Part shown: positions 36,798 to 43,860 of the stretch, piece after piece
Layout: every line of letters starts with the position of its first letter
Numbering within the stretch: the stretch's first letter is position 1
DNA from: Chthoniobacteraceae bacterium
Lineage (GTDB): Bacteria; Verrucomicrobiota; Verrucomicrobiia; Chthoniobacterales; Chthoniobacteraceae
Length of the DNA: 43,860 nucleotides
NCBI GenBank assembly: GCA_031409655.1
Contig: JANNXQ010000095.1
Location: 1 to 43,860 of the forward strand
Direction: 5' to 3'
Program-made: the position numbers and the translations under genes
The notes under the pieces: generated by a model
Seen by the model: only the letters and a program-made list of their open reading frames with translations
Told to the model about the DNA's origin: nothing
The model's database searches: none

Positions 36798-37040
36798 TCA
36801 GTCGAGATTGTCGAAGGCATCGCGCAGGGCTTGATCGATCTGAGCGCGCCTCCCGGGCGGGGCACCGTCGCGCAGGGCGCTGATGGTCGCGGCATATTTG
36901 CGGATCTCGGCGGCGACCGCTGCCACGGTGGCGCGCACGAAGCTCTGCTCGTAGGTAGGTGCTGCGCTGTTGCGATCCGCCTGCACCGGTCGGATCCGAG
37001 ATCCGCGCTGAATGGAAGGGCTGGAGATTGGGCGGCTCAT
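36798..37040 (-). CDS. Possible small hypothetical protein (80 aa)
   Basis: ATG-started ORF with a helical C-half that fits between the maltokinase and sulfatase genes without overlap; no recognisable motif. Confidence 0.35.
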   Translation of the reverse strand: MSRPISSPSIQRGSRIRPVQADRNSAAPTYEQSFVRATVAAVAAEIRKYAATISALRDGAPPGRRAQIDQALRDAFDNLD

Positions 37041-37203
37041 GGCGGATGTGATGGTCCGGCTCCAAGAGCGAGGGGCGTGCCGGACTTGGGCTTTCGGTGA
37101 TCTCGGAGGCGCATCTTTGTCTCAGTCGGGAGGACAACGGCTGTACCAGAGGATGTCCCCGCATCCAATTTGCCGACCTGGGACGCGTTGCCGCAAATCT
37201 CCC

Positions 37204-39210
37204 ATGAAACAAACCCTCGCTCTCTTTGCTGCCCTGCTCGTCTCCGCTTTCGCCGTCGTGGGCGGAGCTGAATCGCCGAAGGCTGCTGCCAAACCGAACA
37301 TCATCGTCGTCCTCGTTGATGACATGGGGTTTTCCGATCTCGGCTGTTACGGCAGCGAGATCGCCACCCCGAATCTCGACAAGCTCGCCTCGAATGGTTT
37401 GCGCTTTACGCAGTTCTATAACACCGCGAAGTGTCACTCCTCGCGAGTGAGCCTACTCAGCGGTCGCTGGTCTCGGCAGGCGGGAGACGAGAGCCTGCGC
37501 CGCGCGGTGATCATTCCCGAAATGTTAAGGCCCGCAGGTTACTTCACGGCGATGACGGGCAAGTGGCATCTGAGTAAAGAGCCCACCGACTTTGGTTTCG
37601 ATCGTTACTTCGGGCACTTGTCTGGTTCGACGAACTACTATCGTGGCGACAAAACCTTCCGGCTCAATGGCCAGCCTTTTGCGGTCCCGGACACCGGCTT
37701 CTACACGACCGTTGCGAATGTCGATCACGCCATCAACTTTCTCGGTGAAGCGCGGGTGGCGAAGAAGCCGTGGTTTCTTTACGTCGCCTTCAACGCCCCG
37801 CACGCGCCGTTGCAACCCTTGGAGGCCGACTACAAAAAGTATCTCGGACGCTACGACATCGGCTGGGATACGATCCGCGCGGCGCGCGTGGCGAAGCAGA
37901 AAGAAATCGGGCTGCTCCCCAAGGAACTGGAAGCTTCGGCGCGGCCGGATCAGGTGCGCGCGTGGGTGCAACTCACCCCGGAGCAGAAGGCTTGGGAGGC
38001 GCGACGCATGGCGGCTTACGCGGGTTTGATTGATCGGGTGGATCAAGAGATGGGCCGGCTTATCGCGAACCTCAGCAGCGCCGGTGAATTGGATAACACC
38101 CTCATCCTCTTTGTCTCTGACAACGGCGCGTGTCCGTATGATCGCGGTCGTCCGGAGCCGGACGCTGAACCCTATGATCCGAAGACGACCTGGGGTGACA
38201 GTACCGGCTGGGCTTGGGCGCGGAATTCACCCTTCCGCTTCTATAAGCAGAATCAATTTGAAGGCGGCATCTCGTCGCCCGCGATCATGCATTGGCCAGC
38301 CGGGCTCAAAACAATGCCTGGCACCTTCATCACCAGCCCCGCGCATCTCGTGGATGTGCTCCCCACGCTTGCGGAAATCACCGGCACCAAGTTGCCCGAG
38401 TCATTTCCCGGTCGCGAACCCACCGTACTTGCCGGGGTCTCCCTCGCGCCGATCCTGGCAGGACGGGAGATGACGGCGCGTCCGCCGATCCATCTCCTCT
38501 TCTCCAGCGACCGGGGACTGCGCGACGGCGAGTGGAAACTCGTCAGCTTTCAAAGTAACCCGTGGGAGCTATACCACATGCCCACGGATCGCACGGAGCT
38601 GCACGACGTCGCGGCGGAGCATCCCGAGATTGTCGCGCGCATGGTCAAGCAATGGCACGAGATGAGCGCCAAAGTCCTGATGGTTTCTGCGAAGGAAAAC
38701 AAACCGGTTGCCGTCGAAGCCACGCCAAAGGTGAATCCCCAGTGGACGAGATACGACGCGGTGCTCACCGGGGGAAAAGGGAAAGGGAAACGCCCCGCCG
38801 CGAAAGACACGTCCGCCGAACTGCCCCGCGCGCGGAAAGACACGAAGCTCAGGGTTGAGAAGAAGCAACTCGTCCTGACTTGCACTGGCGATGACCCAGG
38901 TCTCGCCTTTGCCAGGGTGGAAGTGACGGCGGTCGGCCCTTACACGCTCACCTTCCGGGTGCAAAGTCGGGCCAGCGGCGAAGGGGAAATCTATTGGACC
39001 ACCGATGCGAAAACGATTTTGCCGAAAGGGAAACATCAAACCTTCGCCGTCGTGCATGATGGTCAGTGGCACGAAATGACCCTCAGCATTGCCGAACTCA
39101 AAGTGCTCCATGGCCTCCGCCTCGATCCGTGCGCCGGCGCGGGCGAAGTGCGCATCGAAGGACTGCAACTCAAGGACGCCAGGGGAACGGCGCTGAAATC
39201 GTGGCCGTGA
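37204..39210 (+). CDS. Exported arylsulfatase with extra C-terminal beta-sandwich-like domain
   Basis: Signal peptide from ATG 37204; PNIIVVLVDDMG, CHSSRVSLLSG, GKWHL, SDNG, WELY. Confidence 0.92.
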   Translation: MKQTLALFAALLVSAFAVVGGAESPKAAAKPNIIVVLVDDMGFSDLGCYGSEIATPNLDKLASNGLRFTQFYNTAKCHSSRVSLLSGRWSRQAGDESLRRAVIIPEMLRPAGYFTAMTGKWHLSKEPTDFGFDRYFGHLSGSTNYYRGDKTFRLNGQPFAVPDTGFYTTVANVDHAINFLGEARVAKKPWFLYVAFNAPHAPLQPLEADYKKYLGRYDIGWDTIRAARVAKQKEIGLLPKELEASARPDQVRAWVQLTPEQKAWEARRMAAYAGLIDRVDQEMGRLIANLSSAGELDNTLILFVSDNGACPYDRGRPEPDAEPYDPKTTWGDSTGWAWARNSPFRFYKQNQFEGGISSPAIMHWPAGLKTMPGTFITSPAHLVDVLPTLAEITGTKLPESFPGREPTVLAGVSLAPILAGREMTARPPIHLLFSSDRGLRDGEWKLVSFQSNPWELYHMPTDRTELHDVAAEHPEIVARMVKQWHEMSAKVLMVSAKENKPVAVEATPKVNPQWTRYDAVLTGGKGKGKRPAAKDTSAELPRARKDTKLRVEKKQLVLTCTGDDPGLAFARVEVTAVGPYTLTFRVQSRASGEGEIYWTTDAKTILPKGKHQTFAVVHDGQWHEMTLSIAELKVLHGLRLDPCAGAGEVRIEGLQLKDARGTALKSWP

Positions 39211-39408
39211 ATTCTTGCGGATGAAATTTGCTGCGGCAGCTTCTCGATGTTTCACCTGCCCGAGGCGGAGAGTGGGTGCTGAAAGCTGAGCCCGATGTGC
39301 AGGTCCAGAGGAACCCGAATGCCCAATGATGCTCCCATCGGCCCCGGCGCCCCAGAACAGCGAGGTTGAGTGATCGGTCCCACCGTGCATCATCCAGATC
39401 TCCCCACT

Positions 39409-40791
39409 ATGAAAACACTTCCGCCTTCCTCCCTCCCCGTCTCCCCAATCACCCGGCGCACTTTCCTGAAAACGGGCGCCGTCCTGACCAGCGGCGTCGC
39501 CGCACTCGGCGCGATGGCCCGCGCCCAAGTGAACAAGAACAGCAAGCTGCGCATCTTCCAAATCGGCGTGGGTGGCGTGGCGGCGATGCAACGCAAGGGC
39601 TTGAAGGATCATCCGATGGTCGAATTTGCGGGATTTTGCGATGTCGATCGCAAGCAACTCGACATGATCTCGAAAGAGTTTCCGAAGGCGTGGCTGCTCC
39701 AGGACTACCGCGAGGCTTTTGCGAAACGGGCGGACGAGTTCGATGCCGTGATCATCGACGTGCCCGATTTTCACCACGCGCCGATGATGCTCACGGCGCT
39801 GAAGCATCACAAACACATCTACGGGCAGAAGCCGCTGGTCCATCAGCTCGATGAATTGCGGATGATTCGCGATGGACTCGCCGCGCGTCCGAAGCTCGTG
39901 ACCCAGATGGGCAATCAGCGGGCGTGCAAGGAAGGGCGCATGCAAGCTGTCGAAGTCTTGCGGGGCAATCAGCTCGGGCGGCCGGTCGAAGCCCATGTGT
40001 GGACGGGGGCGGTGGCGCGGGGCACTTACTTTGTGGAGCCGTGGAGTGAATACACTCCGGCCGCCCCCGTGCCGGATACTTTGAACTGGGATTTATGGCA
40101 TGGCCCGCTCACTTCAAAGTTACCCTACAGCGAAGACCTGGCGCCGAAGCGTTGGCGGGCGTTTTGGGAAACAGGCGGCGGGCAGCTCGCGGATTGGGGC
40201 TGTCACCTGATCGACCTGCTTTACTTTGCCTACGATCTGCCTTCGCCGGAAGCGGTGCTCACCCACACGATTCGCCCGGCAGGCGTCGCCCACTCTTCGC
40301 ACAACCAAAGTACCCTGACCTTCGGCGGTGGCGGGAAGTTTGCGCGGGAGAAATTTGTCCTCCATTACAACGACACGGGGCTGCTGCCGGCCTTCGCTGC
40401 GCTCGGGCTGCCGGAAACAAAGGCTCCTCCAAACCACACCATGGTCGTGTGCGAAGAGGGAACGCTGATGCTCCAGGCGGATGGGAAGATCACGATCTTT
40501 CGCAAGGGGAAGGTGGTGGAGAACGAACCGCTGCCAAAGGTCGAGCCGCGTGACCACTGGAAGGATTGGGCGGATAATTGCCTGGGTGCGATGAAGCCGC
40601 TTTGGACACCTTTCCAGATCGGCTGGCGGATCACAGAGCCCGCGTTGCTGGCCGTAAAGGCGACACGTTATCCGGGAGAAGAACTGCGCTGGGACAGCAA
40701 GGCCTGCCGCTTTACGAATCACGACGCGGCGAACCAGGAAATCGTGGCGCGCACCTATCGGCCGGGCTTCGAACCTCCACAAATCGCCTGA
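39409..40791 (+). CDS. Tat-exported Gfo/Idh/MocA-family oxidoreductase
   Basis: TRRTFLK twin-arginine signal; IGVGG, PDFHHAP, YGQKPL, QMGNQ, WDLWHGP, GGGQLADWGCH. Confidence 0.92.
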   Translation: MKTLPPSSLPVSPITRRTFLKTGAVLTSGVAALGAMARAQVNKNSKLRIFQIGVGGVAAMQRKGLKDHPMVEFAGFCDVDRKQLDMISKEFPKAWLLQDYREAFAKRADEFDAVIIDVPDFHHAPMMLTALKHHKHIYGQKPLVHQLDELRMIRDGLAARPKLVTQMGNQRACKEGRMQAVEVLRGNQLGRPVEAHVWTGAVARGTYFVEPWSEYTPAAPVPDTLNWDLWHGPLTSKLPYSEDLAPKRWRAFWETGGGQLADWGCHLIDLLYFAYDLPSPEAVLTHTIRPAGVAHSSHNQSTLTFGGGGKFAREKFVLHYNDTGLLPAFAALGLPETKAPPNHTMVVCEEGTLMLQADGKITIFRKGKVVENEPLPKVEPRDHWKDWADNCLGAMKPLWTPFQIGWRITEPALLAVKATRYPGEELRWDSKACRFTNHDAANQEIVARTYRPGFEPPQIA

Positions 40792-40853
40792 ACTTAAGAC
40801 GCCCGCAGCACGTCTCCATCAATGCTGATTCGGTGCGGAAATCCAACACGTCC

Positions 40854-42257
40854 ATGACCTCTCGTTTGCTGCCACTTTGTTTTCTGCTCGCCGCCGCCTT
40901 GCTTGGTCTTGTCCCAAATGCCGCGGACGCCGCCTCGCCTCCGAACATCGTCTTTCTGCTCGTCGATGATCTGGGCTATGCGGATGTTGGTTTTAACGGG
41001 GGCAAGGAATTCAAGACGCCGAATTGTGACAAGCTTGCACAGGGGGGTGCAATCCTCGCCGCGCATTATGTCCAGCCCGTCTGCTCGCCCACGCGGGCCG
41101 CGCTGATGACGGGCCGTTACGCAACCCAGACCGGCGTTTACACAATCGTGCGTCCCCATGCAAAGTGGGGACTCCCACTTTCCGAGCGGACGCTCGCGAG
41201 CGCCCTGAAGGACGCGGGTTACGAGACGGCGATCACCGGAAAGTGGCACCTTGGCGAATTCGAGCGCGCCTACCTTCCCACTTCGCGCGGCTTTGATCAC
41301 CAGCATGGCCATTACTTTGGCGCGATCGATTATTTTACCCACCTCCGCGATGGCATTCACGACTGGCATCACGATGACGTGGAAAGAAAAGAAGAGGGGT
41401 ACAGCACGCAACTCGTCGCGCGCAAAGCCTGTCGGCTCATTGCGGAGAGGAATAAAGCGAAGCCGCTATTTCTCTATGTGCCGTTTAATGGCGTTCACAC
41501 TCCTCTACAAGTTCCCGAGAGTTATATGCAGCCATATGCGGCGCTGAAAGAAAATCGGCGTAAGCTCGCGGGCATGCTGTCCGCCGTGGATGAGGCGATC
41601 GGGGAGATCGTCGGCGCGCTTGAGACGGCCGGTCTGCGGGAGAATACGCTCATCGTTTTCTCGAGCGACAACGGTGGCCCAAACCCCGGGGCACTTTCCG
41701 ACAATGGCCCTTTCCGTGCCGGGAAGGGGACGCTCTACGAAGGCGGCGTGCGGGTGTGCGCTTTCGCGAATTGGCCCGGTCACATCCCGGCAGGGGTCAC
41801 GATCAACGAACCGATGCATGCCATTGACTGGTATCCGACGCTGGTCACGCTCGCCAGCGGGTCGCTCGCTCAGAAGCACTCGCTCGATGGTCGCGATGTC
41901 TGGCCGATGCTTTCGCGCGGCGCGAAATCTCCGCACGACGCAATCCTGCTCGTGCAAAGCCCCGAGCGCGCCGCCTTGCGGATGGGCGATTGGAAGTTGC
42001 TAATGAACGCGTCTGAGAAAGATGGTGAAGCTGCTGCGGCCAATGAGTCGAAGGAACGAAAAGGAACCGCCGGAGCCACGGGCGTAGCGCTCTATAACCT
42101 CACGAGCGACATCGGTGAAAAGACCGACCTCGCGGCGACCGAACCCGAGCGGACCGCAGTCATGCAGGCGAAGCTTCGGGAGCTTCTCCGAAACGCCGTA
42201 CCGGAGGGGCAATTGGTCGTGGAAACCGACTCCGCGAAGAAGAAGAAAAACAAGTAA
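40854..42257 (+). CDS. Exported arylsulfatase (ArsB-like)
   Basis: Signal peptide from ATG 40854; PNIVFLLVDDLG, CSPTRAALMTGRY, GKWHLG, SDNGG, KGTLYEGGVRV. Confidence 0.94.
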   Translation: MTSRLLPLCFLLAAALLGLVPNAADAASPPNIVFLLVDDLGYADVGFNGGKEFKTPNCDKLAQGGAILAAHYVQPVCSPTRAALMTGRYATQTGVYTIVRPHAKWGLPLSERTLASALKDAGYETAITGKWHLGEFERAYLPTSRGFDHQHGHYFGAIDYFTHLRDGIHDWHHDDVERKEEGYSTQLVARKACRLIAERNKAKPLFLYVPFNGVHTPLQVPESYMQPYAALKENRRKLAGMLSAVDEAIGEIVGALETAGLRENTLIVFSSDNGGPNPGALSDNGPFRAGKGTLYEGGVRVCAFANWPGHIPAGVTINEPMHAIDWYPTLVTLASGSLAQKHSLDGRDVWPMLSRGAKSPHDAILLVQSPERAALRMGDWKLLMNASEKDGEAAAANESKERKGTAGATGVALYNLTSDIGEKTDLAATEPERTAVMQAKLRELLRNAVPEGQLVVETDSAKKKKNK

Positions 42258-42341
42258 CCGGCAGCGACTTCAGATTTCGCGCAAGTCCCGGAGTTGCCGT
42301 GTTTCCTGGAGTTTGGATCGCCGCAAAGACCGGAAGGAAAA

Positions 42342-42386
42342 TGGAGCGGGTGAAGGGAATCGAACCCCCATATGCAGCTTGGGAAG
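42342..42386 (-). mobile_element. 3' fragment of tRNA-Gly(CCC), probable att duplication of an integrative element
   Basis: Minus strand CTTCCCAAGCTGCATATGGGGGTTCGATTCCCTTCACCCGCTCCA gives anticodon loop, T arm, acceptor 3' strand and CCA; the upstream sequence forms no D arm or anticodon 5' stem. Confidence 0.85.
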
Positions 42387-42767
42387 TTGGTTGTCTGCCT
42401 ATGTATTGTCCCACCCACAGTGTCCCACTATGGTCAAAAAGCGAGCGCGATTACCTTTGGGCGGAAACCAAAATTCATGCGGTCTTGAAATTCGTCGGGG
42501 TGTTTTGGACTCATTTGGACAGGAGTGGCCTCATCTCCTACGGACTCTGTAAAAGCGAGTTTTCGGCCGGTGATGCTTGGCCGCAAACGGTCTGAAATGG
42601 CCCCACTTTTCCGCGCCGGGTTACTTTTTCAGGGTTACTTATCTTTCCGTGCGGGGGTGCTGCGTCCATTCTTCAAAATCATTCCCGCAGCATGCCTGGC
42701 TGCACCCTCCAAGCGGCTCCGCCAGTGGAGCAACTTTCAGATTAGCGTCGAATACACTGAGCGGCTG

Positions 42768-43253
42768 ATGTTGTCACCGAAGACGCAATACAACCTGAAG
42801 AATGCTCAGCAGTATTTTGAGGAGCATCTTTGCGCAGGCGACTATTACAGCGAAGGGCAGAGGATTCGCGGTCAGTGGTTCGGCAAAGGCGCTGAAGCAC
42901 TCGGACTGCGCGGCGATGTGGGTCGCGATTAATTCCTCGCGTTGTGTGAGAACCATCATCTGCAGAACGGGGAATCTTTGACGCAACGCCGTAAGAATGT
43001 CCGGCGCGAGGTGGATGAAAACGGAGCCGAGCGGAATGCGGCAAACCGACGCGTGTTCTACGACTTCACGCTGTCGCCTCCCAAATCCGGTTCCATCGCC
43101 GCCCTGGCTGGCAGTGATGAGCGGACCATCGAAGCACATAACCGAACAGCCGCCGTCGCGATGCGGGAGTGGGAAACATTCGCATCGATCCGCATTCGTC
43201 GTGTCGGAAGTTTTTCGGATCGGGAAACCGGCAATGAGGTTGCCTCGCTTTTC
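42768..43253 (+). pseudogene. MOBF (TrwC-type) conjugative relaxase, disrupted
   Basis: MLS...YF...DYYSEG...GQWFGKGAEALGLRG, in-frame TAA at 42930-42932, then YDFTLSPPKS.SIAAL...AHNR...TGN.VASLF; breaks off before the HUH motif. Confidence 0.88.
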
Positions 43254-43379
43254 GGTGAACGCTTCCGGCAAATGGTCAAGGACATCGGCAAGGCCACCAG
43301 CTGTGACATCCGCCAGATCTGTGCCAGCTTCAGCGTGCCGCGCAGCAGCTTCTATCACGCTGCCGAGCCCACGGCCACC
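43254..43379 (+). mobile_element. IS3-family-like transposase remnant
   Basis: IRQICASFSVPRSSFY resembles the N-terminus of IS3 OrfB; fused in frame to the truncated relaxase. Confidence 0.5.
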
Positions 43380-43860
43380 TACTGAGCCCTCCAAAACAGC
43401 TTCACATCAGATGCCGAGTTATGTTAGTTACGGTTGATGGCAAGAAGATCAACCAAAACAGTGACCGGACGCCGTGAGCGGCAAGAGAAGCGGCGCCTGA
43501 AAGCAGCTGACTTATTCGCGGCGGGCCAGAGCCGCGCGCAGGTCGCCGAAGAGTGTGGGGTCACTTGGCGCTCGGCTCACGAATGGCACCGGGTGTGGAG
43601 CACGGGTGGCGTTGCTGCGCTCAAGGCGACGACGAAGCCGGGGCCGGCTCTGAAGTTCAGCGAGGAGGACGTGGCGGTGCTCGAAAAAGAACTGCGGTGC
43701 GGACCGGTGGCGCATGGCTATGAGAACGATCTTTGGACGTTGCCGCGCGTGGGCCGCCTGGTGAGCGAGACTTTGGCTAAGCAGGCCAGTTCCTCGGAAG
43801 TGTGGCGGCTGTTGCGCCGCATGCGCTGGAGTCCGCAAAAGCCCAAACGCCGGGCGCGGG
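43380..43860 (+). mobile_element. IS630-family element, left part (runs off window end)
   Basis: Begins at a TA (TACTGAG...) where the IS3-like reading frame stops; carries the transposase ORF from 43437. Confidence 0.65.
43437..43860 (+). CDS. IS630-family transposase, N-terminal HTH region (partial)
   Basis: Not in ORF track. Manual translation: MARRS...RRLKAADLFAAGQSRAQVAEECGVT...GGVAALK...GP.AHGYENDLWTLPRV...VWRLLRRMRWSPQKPKRRAR. Confidence 0.88.
   Translation, partial: MARRSTKTVTGRRERQEKRRLKAADLFAAGQSRAQVAEECGVTWRSAHEWHRVWSTGGVAALKATTKPGPALKFSEEDVAVLEKELRCGPVAHGYENDLWTLPRVGRLVSETLAKQASSSEVWRLLRRMRWSPQKPKRRAR

Noticed and set aside
42342..42418. Intact tRNA-Gly gene
   Set aside because: GTGGGTG could pair as an acceptor 5' strand, but there is no D arm and the anticodon stem does not pair, so it is treated as an att fragment.
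42525..43385. Two independent genes (135 aa and 147 aa)
   Set aside because: Same reading frame separated by one TAA; together they form a single relaxase pseudogene starting at 42768 with a foreign tail.
43512..43838. 108-aa minus-strand ORF
   Set aside because: Antisense shadow of the IS630 transposase.

Overview
High-GC bacterial chromosome segment, most likely Verrucomicrobiota (inferred from PEP-CTERM/exosortase genes, multiple exported sulfatases and A/C-rich leaders; not verified). Left end: partial hisD, a DUF2278-like gene and a deoxyhypusine-synthase-like gene. The central ~30 kb (2661-32852) is a cell-envelope locus. It holds an orphan PhoB-like regulator, two paralogous PEP-CTERM proteins flanking a TPR-like protein and an exosortase-EpsI fusion, a PstS/DING-like exported protein, and a convergent operon tpsB - DUF2341/LamG/exbB - exbD - tonB-like - putative porin - coiled-coil - 4039-aa tpsA - Sel1. 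Pho-box-like repeats precede four genes of the locus, so the best candidate for an undescribed system is a phosphate-starvation surface/export machine. It is followed by a stand-alone rplA-rplJ-rplL unit (no rplK, no rpoB) with structured leaders, a maltokinase, and a sulfatase-oxidoreductase-sulfatase cluster. The window ends at the edge of an integrative element: a tRNA-Gly 3' fragment (att), a broken MOBF relaxase, an IS3-like remnant and an IS630 transposase. All family calls are by motif recognition by eye; no database search was run.
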